Source: a virus
Lineage: Duplodnaviria > Caudoviricetes
Direction: 5' to 3' (one strand)
Virus record (IMG/VR): IMGVR_UViG_3300030433_001223
Span: 1-36,020 of that record
DNA: 36,020 nucleotides
Under the pieces are notes generated by a model that was not told the DNA's origin, did no database searches, and was given only the letters and a program-made list of their open reading frames with translations. Positions within the stretch are counted from its first letter, which is position 1. Each line of letters begins with the position of its first letter. The position numbers were made by a program, and so were the translations under genes. Shown here piece by piece: positions 15,776 to 25,200 of the stretch.

Positions 15776-16533
15776 TACAATATCCTACTGAGCGCTGTAT
15801 TCATCAACTTTTCGCCAGTAGTTGCTACAACCATACCATTCATGTCGATAGGTTGTCCTGCCATGTTCCAGCCAATTGCTCCAACTGGTAACGTAACATA
15901 TCCTTGCTGTTGTGCAAGCGGTGGAGGACCACCGCCGTTTGCTGTGTAAAATTGTTCTCCATTAGCTAATGTATCTATAGCTGGTGGTGGCATCTGCCAT
16001 GCTTGTGGTTGGGCGGTTGCTGTGCCTACACCGAACCATGTCCACGGCTTAAACATACTAGCTCCGCCCTGCATAGGCATCTGCTGTTGCATATATGGGT
16101 TTGGCATCATTGGTTGTTGAGTCACGGCAGGAGCTTGTTGGAGTTGGCCATCGCTTCCGTAAGGATTCTGCCAATTTAATACGCTATGATGCGCATTGTC
16201 ATCTGTAGCCCACTCCTCATGCAAGGTGAGACGAGCATTAAGCTCCTCCGCAGCCTCGTCACCATACATAGTTCTAGGATGCCAGTCTATCTGTGTGTTA
16301 TAGACTGTCTTTAGAAATTCCATATTATCATGCAAATCTGTGGGAACTTGCACGTCAGTTTCCTTACACAATGCTTCTAACATCTCTACAGAGTTCTTAA
16401 TGACTGGGTACAAATATTGTACCATTCTCATTGTTGTATTTTCTGCTGCCTTTGCATCGTAATCTGGATGCTGTATCTTGTCTACTGCCACAGGGTTTAG
16501 ATAACCTGATGGACTTCCTGCATATCCGCTCAT
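15775..16533 (-). CDS. Hypothetical protein with Q/M/P/G-rich C-terminal half
   Basis: ORF track (GTG 16545); ATG 16533 preferred from ATGA overlap and GTGGAG RBS. Confidence 0.75.
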   Translation of the reverse strand: MSGYAGSPSGYLNPVAVDKIQHPDYDAKAAENTTMRMVQYLYPVIKNSVEMLEALCKETDVQVPTDLHDNMEFLKTVYNTQIDWHPRTMYGDEAAEELNARLTLHEEWATDDNAHHSVLNWQNPYGSDGQLQQAPAVTQQPMMPNPYMQQQMPMQGGASMFKPWTWFGVGTATAQPQAWQMPPPAIDTLANGEQFYTANGGGPPPLAQQQGYVTLPVGAIGWNMAGQPIDMNGMVVATTGEKLMNTALSRIL

Positions 16534-16622
16534 AGTCTTCTCCACTTTATTTTTTGCTTTACACCGTCACAGTGTAAGGTAAACTTCTCTCTTGTAAATA
16601 CAGGATGTGGGCGAGGTGGCAT
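16530..16622 (-). CDS. 30-aa basic microprotein
   Basis: MPPRPHPVFTREKFTLHCDGVKQKIKWRRL; GTGGAG RBS, closes the operon gap. Confidence 0.45.
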   Translation of the reverse strand: MPPRPHPVFTREKFTLHCDGVKQKIKWRRL

Positions 16623-16630
16623 TCTCCACT

Positions 16631-16996
16631 TCATAATCCAAACCTCCTGTTCTGACGGGTTGACAAAGCCGAGAGATACTCGTCATAGTCACGTTGGTGT
16701 AATTTACAGAAGCCTCCTCCTGTCGCCATGCCACAATAAGGACACTCGTCTTTGCCATGTTTCCGCCTTAACCCCCACCACTTTCGTGATAGCCTTTTGT
16801 GTCTCATACTGAGACGTTTTACATACAAATCCAATTCTTCATCAGACATTGCCTCCGCTGTGGGCATCATCTGTTGTTGTACTGGTTGTCTTGTAAGAAC
16901 ATTAGGGGCTGGAGCCACTTCTCGTGCTGGTTCCTCTGTTAGTGTGTGTTGAGGATTTTTGCGTACTAGGGTCGTCATTTGTGGTGGTCCAGCCAT
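16631..16996 (-). CDS. Zinc-finger protein with P/Q-rich N terminus
   Basis: CPYCG...CKLH; basic central segment. Confidence 0.75.
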   Translation of the reverse strand: MAGPPQMTTLVRKNPQHTLTEEPAREVAPAPNVLTRQPVQQQMMPTAEAMSDEELDLYVKRLSMRHKRLSRKWWGLRRKHGKDECPYCGMATGGGFCKLHQRDYDEYLSALSTRQNRRFGL

Positions 16997-17379
16997 CAGA
17001 GTCCACCTTTGCGCATCATTTGCGCTGTTCTTGTTGCTGCTTGTCCTACCTGTACTTCAGGACTGACAAACGCTTTTACTACTAATGCTTTAATCATTGA
17101 TAACAATATACTTACAGCCATAACAAACATAAGGAATCCATTGTATAACCAAGCGACTCCCCATATTGCCATACCGTATTCTGTTACTACTGAATCATAA
17201 TAATAACCAATATACAGGCCAATTCCACCTAATGCAAAGCCTATACCCATAAGCCATACACATCTCTTGAACCAAACCCATTCTATATATCTACAAAACT
17301 CTACGTCTTGTTGGCCTCCTGCACCCATTGTGCTAGGATACCTGCCAGTGCTAAACAACATATTTCTTATGAATCTCAT
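16996..17379 (-). CDS. Two-TM membrane protein
   Basis: Hydrophobic segments VWLMGIGFALGGIGLYIGYYY and AIWGVAWLYNGFLMFVMAVSILLSMI. Confidence 0.8.
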   Translation of the reverse strand: MRFIRNMLFSTGRYPSTMGAGGQQDVEFCRYIEWVWFKRCVWLMGIGFALGGIGLYIGYYYDSVVTEYGMAIWGVAWLYNGFLMFVMAVSILLSMIKALVVKAFVSPEVQVGQAATRTAQMMRKGGL

Positions 17380-18200
17380 GGTCTCACCACATCTACGTAT
17401 GCATTCTTTTGCGAATCCATCTTCTCATACATGTCACGCTTAAACTCCCTAGAGAGTTGATAAGCGACCTCGTATCCGATTGGTTCCGCTCCATCAGGCA
17501 TAGGAATCCATTTTGGATGATAAGTATATATACTTATCCTACGAAAGTTTGGCTTGAAATCTAACTTGTCATCGTGAAACTCAATGTAGGCTTTCTGTGC
17601 AAAACCTTCCTCATCTACTAATGATTCTAAACTGTGCTGAGAAAGTACGGCATTAACTGTATTTTCTATGTTTTTAACAGGAACCAATTTAGAAATAGAA
17701 ACAGGCGTCTCCCATCTGAATATGTCGGAAGGTGTCAAATTTTCTACGACAGAGTGGAGCAATTCATCACAGGAGACAATCGCCTCTGACATGTCAAATG
17801 TTTTAAGCCTTACGCCTTTTAGACTAAAATCTTTGACTTTACCTTTGATATGTCCTGCTTCATTAGATATTTTTATCCAATCATCTATAGCAAACTCTGT
17901 TTTGTATGCTACTGTAAGAAAAGATAATGCTCCGTTGACAGGACTGTACTGGGAAAAGGCAGCGTAAGTAAGTGCTGATACGCCTACTATATACTCGGTC
18001 CGTGCTAATAACCCACTATACATTAAGAGACCAATCCCGAAAACAATGGCCCCTAAAACTCCAAATACTTGCGCTGCTGCTTTTCCTTGTAAACTTCTTA
18101 TTTTATAATCTGTAAATGCTGACTTTTTTGCTTTAGCTACCGCTCCAGAAACTCCTAACGCTACTGCGATAAACCATGCAAAAACTAAGCCCTCATCCAC
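17376..18200 (-). CDS. mscS: MscS-family mechanosensitive channel homologue
   Basis: Three N-terminal hydrophobic helices, then FAIDDWIKI...GKVKDFSLKGVRLKTFD...IVSCDELLHSVVENLT matching the MscS middle beta-domain pattern, then an alpha/beta C-terminal domain. Confidence 0.75.
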   Translation of the reverse strand: MDEGLVFAWFIAVALGVSGAVAKAKKSAFTDYKIRSLQGKAAAQVFGVLGAIVFGIGLLMYSGLLARTEYIVGVSALTYAAFSQYSPVNGALSFLTVAYKTEFAIDDWIKISNEAGHIKGKVKDFSLKGVRLKTFDMSEAIVSCDELLHSVVENLTPSDIFRWETPVSISKLVPVKNIENTVNAVLSQHSLESLVDEEGFAQKAYIEFHDDKLDFKPNFRRISIYTYHPKWIPMPDGAEPIGYEVAYQLSREFKRDMYEKMDSQKNAYVDVVRP

Positions 18201-18684
18201 TATTTTTTCCCTTCTGTGCTATCTTATCAATGTGCGGTCCTTGTTCCGCTTCTAACAACTCACCAGTAGTTGGATTAATATATCCACCAGCTTGTGCTGG
18301 CATAGGCATTGGTTGTTGCTGTTGTTGTTGGTATTGCTGATATGGCATCATGTTAGGTGGGATTGGTTGCCCTACATGACCGTCTCGATTCATGTCCCAG
18401 CCTGTTCTGTTTTCCATATAGTTCATAGCATTACTGAACATTCCTTGATTTTGATAACCCGAAGGTTTTTTCTTTCTCTCTGCAAATTCTTCTAAATCTT
18501 GCGAATCTGCTATTGTGGAGAGTATGGTATATGTGAAAGCACCACTTACCGAACCAAACCAAAGGGCGTCATTGTATGCCATGTTGCCCACATACATTAA
18601 AGTGAATGCGTTAGCTATGAAAACTAACAAGGCACTCAACCTGTTGTATGATTGTTTTATTTTGTGCTTAATCGTTTCTTCCAT
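18193..18684 (-). CDS. Two-TM membrane protein with Q/P/M-rich tail
   Basis: Two N-terminal hydrophobic helices, DMNRDG loop, YQQYQQQQQQPMPMP tract. Confidence 0.8.
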   Translation of the reverse strand: MEETIKHKIKQSYNRLSALLVFIANAFTLMYVGNMAYNDALWFGSVSGAFTYTILSTIADSQDLEEFAERKKKPSGYQNQGMFSNAMNYMENRTGWDMNRDGHVGQPIPPNMMPYQQYQQQQQQPMPMPAQAGGYINPTTGELLEAEQGPHIDKIAQKGKNSG

Positions 18685-19009
18685 TCTCGATTTCCTCTTT
18701 TGCTCTTAGCGTCACAAACCGTGCAGTGTTGTAATTCCACGGCCTGTCTGCTTTTGTCTTGATACCTGCATCGTTTAAATACTTTGCTATACCGCCATAC
18801 GTATAGCCATTTTCTCTTAAAAATACCATTTTTTTACACACTAACCACTCCTTGACAGATGCGCCAAACCTAACAGACCGATACGGGCGTTTGCGCTGGC
18901 TTTTTTCTGCGCTAAAGTTACTTTGAGTAGATGAACCCATGCCATACCATAAATCACCTTTAAACGGCTTCTGTGCCGCTTTTAGTCCTAATTCAGATTT
19001 TACTCTCAT
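18668..19009 (-). CDS. Stand-alone Recombinase-type DNA-binding domain (no catalytic resolvase domain)
   Basis: GYTYGGIAKYLNDAGIKTKADRPWNYNTARFV fits the IA..LN..GI.T....W signature of serine-recombinase Recombinase domains; only 113 aa. Confidence 0.7.
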   Translation of the reverse strand: MRVKSELGLKAAQKPFKGDLWYGMGSSTQSNFSAEKSQRKRPYRSVRFGASVKEWLVCKKMVFLRENGYTYGGIAKYLNDAGIKTKADRPWNYNTARFVTLRAKEEIENGRND

Positions 19010-22000
19010 TTAGTCATTAACTCTAGTGCGTTGTCTAGTGCTGGCTTTGTAAGTCTCAAATCATCATCCCCTGCCTCATCTGCATCCAATAACTGCTGAG
19101 TGTCTAAGGTGTGAAAGAATTGTCTTATGTTAGCTGTACCATCATCATCATATTGAATATTTGTAACTGAACCAACCACTGTAAGGTCTCCGTCATCTTT
19201 TACTCTAATATTAGATACGTCTCCAACTATTTCTAAATTAGCTGCTGGCGGAAAATATCCTTGTGTATGTGGGGATGTTGTTCCTATTATCGTTGTGTTT
19301 CCAGTAAGTAAACTAACGCTTGAACCACAATGAAAGAAATCAAACCTGTTAAAACTTCCTGATTTACTTCCAAGATATGTAGAGTTTCTTAAGTCTACAG
19401 TTGCACCATTGTCTACATCTAAAAACGCACAAGTTATTGTATTACCATTAGCATTGTAGGTTGTACCATTGTTTACTTCTAACTCTTCTGTAATTGTATG
19501 ATTGCCTGTTGCTACTGTAGTTGATGAACCACTACATTGTATTCTTGGTATTGTTACTTCAGGAATATTTACACTTCTTGGCGAAGTCATAGAATTCAAA
19601 ATTTTAAATAAATTAGCAACATTAGTTGCTGGGTCTGCAAATGTGACTGTTCCGCCATCCATAGCGTTAAGAAACCTTAATGGTTCAGTGGTGTTAGAAC
19701 TTAGTGTTGCCCCTGAACCGCAAGTAAATGTATCTCCATTTAGTCTAAAAGAACTGCCTCCTCCATCTAAATCTTTTAAGGTAATAGTTCCAGTAATGTT
19801 TAAATTATAAATATCTTCGACTCCACCATTGTAATTTATGAACTTGTTAGAACCAGCCATGACAAGCGTAGAAGTGCCGTGTGTAAATGTTCCTGAGCCT
19901 GCCCAAGATGCTCCTGACATTGTTCCATCTACATTATTGCTTGTCGAATCAAACACAGTTGTACCTGAGCCTGTATCAAATTGCCACCAAGCATTAAGAT
20001 TAGTTTTTGACACTGCGGCATAATCTTGAAACATTAAAGTTCTTATTTGAGCTTCTGTAAGCTCTGCTGACCAGATAGAAGTTCTAGCAATATCTCCATC
20101 ATAATAAAAATCTGCGTTATTACTTCTACGACCCATACGAAATTCATGTACTCCATTACAGTCTCCAGCAACCGTTACAGTTTCTTGTTGCAATTTGCCA
20201 TCAACATACATTTTCATTACACCGCTGCTATCTTTAGTACATGCAACGTGCGCATATTTACCTGTAGTAAAAGTGTCATCTGAAGAAATATTATTTGATG
20301 TACTTGAACTAACACATTTGAAAAACCACTTACCACCATTGATGCCAAGACCATACTCTTTTGTACCTGCACTGCCAAAATTGACTTTACCTACTACAGC
20401 TTGTAAACCAGTTGCATCAGGTTTAAACCATCCTTCGATTGTAAAAGCTCCTGTTAAATCTGTTGATGCAGGATGTCCAAAATCTACTTCATCATTAGTG
20501 CCGTCAAATGTCATAGCACTCTTACCAATAAGACCACCACTGGTAGTAAAATCTCCATGCACTGTAAGTATATCATTATCTCCATCCAATTCCCCTCCTG
20601 TTGCAACAATTAAATTACCACATTTGTTATTTGTTCCATTTAAACTTCGATATGGAGATGCAATGCGCAAATTACCTCTATAACCAAACGAGTTATTCCA
20701 ATCACAACTTGTCGTTCCATTGTTAATTAAAATATTTGTTGTAGAATCACCAACAAATGAAGTATCATTAAATCTAATATTGTCTCCAGATGTAGAACCT
20801 GTTACAATTATAGAAGCTCCGTTTTCATTATCATACGTGCCATTTTGAATATCTAACAAAGAAGTAATTAACATCCCTGCACCAAAGTCTACTGTGGTTC
20901 CTGTATCTGCTGTAAATGCACCAGAACATTCCATCCTCTGTCCATTCAAATCTAAAGTATATCCACTACTTACTGTTACGGCATCAAACTCACAATCTCC
21001 TGTAAGTGTTATTTTTTCTGATGCAGAACCTGAACCTGTTGTAAGTGCTATCTGATAATCTAAATTAGCTAACTTCCAATCTGCTGCGGAATTTGCATTC
21101 CAATCCCAATCAGTTCCTGTACATACCGCAGGAAATAAATTCGAGGCACCCTGTACTGTTGGCTTGTTAGTGCCTGAATTGTCTACACTTAACGTACCAT
21201 TGTTGACTATAGAGCCTGCTGCTGTTGTAGTACCGATAGTAAGAGTAACTGCATTAGAACTGTTGTTTAATTTAAAATGACCTGTACTAATCGTAAGTGC
21301 GTTTTCTACAGTTGTATCTCTGTAAATCTGTGTAAAAGCCCCTCCACTATATGTGAAGTTGTGGAATGTAATTGGTGCAGTTCCAGAGGTGTTTATCAGA
21401 GTATTATCTCCGCTGACTGACTCGAATGTTCCGCTGTTGTGTGTAAATGTACCAGAGTTCTGAAAGTTGCGTACTAAAGATACTGTGCCTCTTGGTGCTG
21501 AAAACGTACCGTTAGCTGCTATAACAAGGTCAAAGTCAAGGTCAAGAGTGCCGTTCTGCCATCCGCTACCGCCTCCACCTCCAGCATTACCTGTAGTTGT
21601 AACAAAACTATCAAGCGAACCGTTAACCGCATTTGCCGTTCCTGAATTCACAGCAGTTGTAGTTGCAGTGCCTTGAATACTGTCATCTAATTTCCAATGA
21701 TGTAATGGCGTTTGTGGATATGTGTTAGAATAAAGAGAAGAAGCTTGGTCTTGTGAAAGTGCATAGTCGTAAATCCTAACATCTCGAATCTCACCATCGT
21801 AGTAGTTACTACTGCCGTTAAAACCTATAAGCAACGCATTACTACTTGTGGACAAAGCACTATCCCAAGTGTCACCTCCTGTAAACTCTTCAAATGTTGC
21901 ACCGTTTAAAGAAAATAATATTTTATTATTTGCCCTGTCAAATACAACCGTTATATGATTCCAGACGTTTAAAGTTAAAGCAGAAAAAGTAGAAGCTGTA

Positions 22001-23046
22001 TCTTTAGCATTTCCATTAACATCTTTGCAATATACTCTAACTCTTTGAGATGAACCGCCACTAATCATAAAATCACCATTACCAGTAATGCCTCTTGCTA
22101 TGATTCTGTCATTAGAATCAAACGTATCTGGTCTTACCCATGTTGATATTGTAAAGTCTCCACTTTGGTCTAAAGATGCGTCATCAGCAACAATAACACT
22201 ATCATTAGTACCATCAAAAGCAAGTGATGTCAAAGCCTTACCCTCTACCTTTCCTTGTGTTACTGTAAACGTTCCATCTGTCGTTGTACTATTATCATAT
22301 ACATCTACACTGTATTGGTCAAACACCCAGTTGCCATTGCTTAAAGTAGCATCATAATCTGTTCCCGAATCATCATGGTCTACAATACTTGTTCCTGTTC
22401 CTTCGTTGATTTTGTACCAAGCTTTTCTATTATCTATGCCAAACGTAGCTGAGTCAACATTTATTTTAGATGCCAGTTGTTGTATTTCTGCTGCTGTAAG
22501 TAAATCTCCAAAAAACTTTACATCTGCTATATACCCTTTCCATAAATTGGCTGGACTTGCAGAATTTTCTCCACCAAGCAACCACTGATTATGAGATATA
22601 GCATTTGATGATTTTGAAGAAATGTCTTGTGTAACTTGAGCTACACCGTTTACATACAACACTGCGTTAGCACTTCTGTCAAAAGTCATAGCAATATGCG
22701 CCCAACTATCTAAAATAGGTGCTAAAGCAAAATTACCACTGTTACTGCCGCTAGATACCTTAAAGAATAAATTAGTTTGATTGTGCCTTAATGTAAATCC
22801 GTTTGTGTTTCCTGCTTGTCCCCTTGATATAATGTGTAATTCAGAACTGTCAAGAGTGCTTGGAAACTTGACCCACATAGAAAAAGAAAAGTCATTAGTT
22901 CCAAAATCTAAATCACTAGCAGAAGGAATGGTAATGTAATCCCCCGTGCCATCTAAATACAAAGCACTGTCAAGATTTACATTAACGTTTGCTGCTCCAA
23001 GATTTCCTTCTATTATTCCGCCCGTGCCTGTTATTTCTATTGTCAT
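19006..23046 (-). CDS. Virion fibre/adhesin with three LamG (ConA-like) domains
   Basis: Three repeats of (L/F)DG..D...F(S/T)...W...HI/HV...(Y)VNG/DG...G.I.DV-type LamG pattern separated by G/T/N-rich beta-helix-like spacers. Confidence 0.88.
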   Translation of the reverse strand: MTIEITGTGGIIEGNLGAANVNVNLDSALYLDGTGDYITIPSASDLDFGTNDFSFSMWVKFPSTLDSSELHIISRGQAGNTNGFTLRHNQTNLFFKVSSGSNSGNFALAPILDSWAHIAMTFDRSANAVLYVNGVAQVTQDISSKSSNAISHNQWLLGGENSASPANLWKGYIADVKFFGDLLTAAEIQQLASKINVDSATFGIDNRKAWYKINEGTGTSIVDHDDSGTDYDATLSNGNWVFDQYSVDVYDNSTTTDGTFTVTQGKVEGKALTSLAFDGTNDSVIVADDASLDQSGDFTISTWVRPDTFDSNDRIIARGITGNGDFMISGGSSQRVRVYCKDVNGNAKDTASTFSALTLNVWNHITVVFDRANNKILFSLNGATFEEFTGGDTWDSALSTSSNALLIGFNGSSNYYDGEIRDVRIYDYALSQDQASSLYSNTYPQTPLHHWKLDDSIQGTATTTAVNSGTANAVNGSLDSFVTTTGNAGGGGGSGWQNGTLDLDFDLVIAANGTFSAPRGTVSLVRNFQNSGTFTHNSGTFESVSGDNTLINTSGTAPITFHNFTYSGGAFTQIYRDTTVENALTISTGHFKLNNSSNAVTLTIGTTTAAGSIVNNGTLSVDNSGTNKPTVQGASNLFPAVCTGTDWDWNANSAADWKLANLDYQIALTTGSGSASEKITLTGDCEFDAVTVSSGYTLDLNGQRMECSGAFTADTGTTVDFGAGMLITSLLDIQNGTYDNENGASIIVTGSTSGDNIRFNDTSFVGDSTTNILINNGTTSCDWNNSFGYRGNLRIASPYRSLNGTNNKCGNLIVATGGELDGDNDILTVHGDFTTSGGLIGKSAMTFDGTNDEVDFGHPASTDLTGAFTIEGWFKPDATGLQAVVGKVNFGSAGTKEYGLGINGGKWFFKCVSSSTSNNISSDDTFTTGKYAHVACTKDSSGVMKMYVDGKLQQETVTVAGDCNGVHEFRMGRRSNNADFYYDGDIARTSIWSAELTEAQIRTLMFQDYAAVSKTNLNAWWQFDTGSGTTVFDSTSNNVDGTMSGASWAGSGTFTHGTSTLVMAGSNKFINYNGGVEDIYNLNITGTITLKDLDGGGSSFRLNGDTFTCGSGATLSSNTTEPLRFLNAMDGGTVTFADPATNVANLFKILNSMTSPRSVNIPEVTIPRIQCSGSSTTVATGNHTITEELEVNNGTTYNANGNTITCAFLDVDNGATVDLRNSTYLGSKSGSFNRFDFFHCGSSVSLLTGNTTIIGTTSPHTQGYFPPAANLEIVGDVSNIRVKDDGDLTVVGSVTNIQYDDDGTANIRQFFHTLDTQQLLDADEAGDDDLRLTKPALDNALELMTK

Positions 23047-23048
23047 AA

Positions 23049-24455
23049 TTATACTGCGTTAGATACAGTCCCTCCTACATTTCTTATTCCACCTACTTTA
23101 GTAAATCCACCTGTGTCATTTTGTACTTTGTAAGTGCCATCTAATATTGTTAAAAATCCAAAAGTATGCTCAGAAGTTCCAATGAAGGTCAATGATTTTG
23201 CTGATGAATTGATTGTTACATTACCTTTAACTGTCAAATTTTCGTTACCGTTAGCACCTTGAAAATTAGCTCCAGTCATTGTTAAGTTATTTTCTATTGT
23301 TGTATTTGTAGTAATAAACGTAGTAGCAGTAGGTGCGTGTTCAAAATTGTAAAGATTGCCTGTGCCTGACAAATCAAACGCACCACCACCGCCAGTATAT
23401 TTTAACGTTCCATTGTTATGGGTAAATGTTCCGTCAATGTTTATTCCGAAATTAGGATAACCACCGGGGTCACCATTAATAGTAGTAGTTCCGCTTGTTG
23501 CATTGTAGGTTCCTCCACTGTTTATTCTAATGCCTCCAAAAGTCATTGGTTTGTCACTACCATTTGATATTAACTGACCTGTAACGTCTACATCTCCATT
23601 TACAGTAAATACTCTAGTTCCTGTGCTAAAATTAGAATTAGCTCCAACTGTTAAATTACCAGTAATTGTACAATTACCATTCAAGGTATCTGTATGAGTA
23701 TCTGTTCCTGCTCCTCTGCTTGTTGTAATATTGTGCATATTACCAGAAGCAAAAGTAAAGTTATGCGCTCTATTAGAACCATTTAATCCTATTAAATTAA
23801 ACGTGCTAGTGTTTGTATCAAAGTTAGCACTTGTAGATGGAATAAAATTAGCACCGCCTGCTGTGTGATAATTGATTGTAGAAGTATCTAAATTAAACGT
23901 TCCTGCTCCTGTTACATCACCTGCTTCTGTACTTGTAGAACCTAAATTTACAGTAGAACCGTTAAGTGTAAGAGTCCCATCGTTTGCCAAAGCTCCTGCT
24001 ACTGTAAGGTCATTACCGCCAGTATTCAAACTTCCTGCTGTTATTGTTAAATTACCTGTAATTGTCATAAAACCACCAGCAATAGCTGCTGCACAACTTG
24101 CGTGATTGATTGTTACATGACGAACATTTCCTGAAGTTGCTTTTAAATCTATATTTGTAGCTGCTGGAGTTTCAACAGTAAAATTTGTGGTTGTTCCAAC
24201 TACCTCACCATCTATATCTATCGCAAAACCTGAACTGTTTTCACCAACTACTGTTATAGTTTCAGTATTGCCGTTAAACCTAGCTCCAGATTGAACTGTC
24301 CAAGAATTAACTGTAGGACTACCAGTAAGCACACAATCGTTTGTTACGTTTGCAATTATTACATCATCAGATGATGTAGGTTTTGAGCCAGTGTCCCAGT
24401 TACCGTCTGTAGAGTATGTTGTAGAAACTGCACCTGTCCAAGTTACTGTAGCCAT
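23049..24455 (-). CDS. Beta-helix-like virion fibre protein
   Basis: TWTG...NW...P...DDVII N-terminal motif, TITGNLT repeats, GTFTHNNGT shared with the LamG protein. Confidence 0.7.
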   Translation of the reverse strand: MATVTWTGAVSTTYSTDGNWDTGSKPTSSDDVIIANVTNDCVLTGSPTVNSWTVQSGARFNGNTETITVVGENSSGFAIDIDGEVVGTTTNFTVETPAATNIDLKATSGNVRHVTINHASCAAAIAGGFMTITGNLTITAGSLNTGGNDLTVAGALANDGTLTLNGSTVNLGSTSTEAGDVTGAGTFNLDTSTINYHTAGGANFIPSTSANFDTNTSTFNLIGLNGSNRAHNFTFASGNMHNITTSRGAGTDTHTDTLNGNCTITGNLTVGANSNFSTGTRVFTVNGDVDVTGQLISNGSDKPMTFGGIRINSGGTYNATSGTTTINGDPGGYPNFGINIDGTFTHNNGTLKYTGGGGAFDLSGTGNLYNFEHAPTATTFITTNTTIENNLTMTGANFQGANGNENLTVKGNVTINSSAKSLTFIGTSEHTFGFLTILDGTYKVQNDTGGFTKVGGIRNVGGTVSNAV

Positions 24456-24458
24456 TCA

Positions 24459-24887
24459 CTAAATGGTCCCCTGACAAAACACTACACAATCGCCTGCTGG
24501 GAATGTTTGTGTGTTTGAACCTTGGTCTCTAATTACTACACAGATTTTTTTCAATGCAGTTGTAGATATAGACTTGATTGCTCCTGTAGAAGCTCCAATA
24601 TCTATGTCATCTCCAATTTGTACCCATTTAGAATCTAGTGGAGTAGTTGCTGTAGGCGTATCACCGGGAGCAGGAAACAAAGTACCAAACACTCTTACTT
24701 TAGGAGTACTAGTATCGTCTACGTTTCTTACCTGTATGGTGACTTTATCATACGCCCTTACGTCTACTGCATCTATAAGTGTAGCAAAATTGTTACTACT
24801 TGCTAATACAGATACATTATTTGCGTTTGTAACTTCTTTAATATGTCTATTGCTTGTAAGTTTCTTGGTCGTTTCAGTATTTGCCAT
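24459..24887 (-). CDS. Putative capsid-associated beta-sandwich protein
   Basis: 142 aa beta-rich, two genes downstream of the MCP. Confidence 0.5.
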   Translation of the reverse strand: MANTETTKKLTSNRHIKEVTNANNVSVLASSNNFATLIDAVDVRAYDKVTIQVRNVDDTSTPKVRVFGTLFPAPGDTPTATTPLDSKWVQIGDDIDIGASTGAIKSISTTALKKICVVIRDQGSNTQTFPAGDCVVFCQGTI

Positions 24888-25186
24888 TAATCTGCCCTCT
24901 TAGGCTTCTTAAGTCCCTTGGGCTTTTTAGGCTTTACTTCTTTTTTGGGCTTGGCTCTAGCAGGTTTGCTGCTAGATTTAGGCTTCCTGACGTTAGTCTT
25001 AATCCCTGCACCAGCCTTGTGTTCAACAACGTCTTTAACTTCCTCGAAGTCTCCACGAGCTTGTAGTCTTTCAATAAACTCAGGTTCTTCGACTTCAATG
25101 ACTTGTCCTTTGTTAACAAATAACCTGCCCCCATGGCGCCTGCCAACAGTAACGCCAACGGGGTTGAGATTCCTAAATTTTGCCAT
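24887..25186 (-). CDS. Small protein with Lys/Pro-rich tail
   Basis: GAGGT RBS, directly after the MCP; KPKK repeats. Confidence 0.75.
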   Translation of the reverse strand: MAKFRNLNPVGVTVGRRHGGRLFVNKGQVIEVEEPEFIERLQARGDFEEVKDVVEHKAGAGIKTNVRKPKSSSKPARAKPKKEVKPKKPKGLKKPKRAD

Positions 25187-25200
25187 TTAAGATACCTCAT

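Noticed and set aside
18668-19009. Functional serine integrase implying a temperate lifestyle
   Set aside because: Catalytic N-terminal domain is absent.
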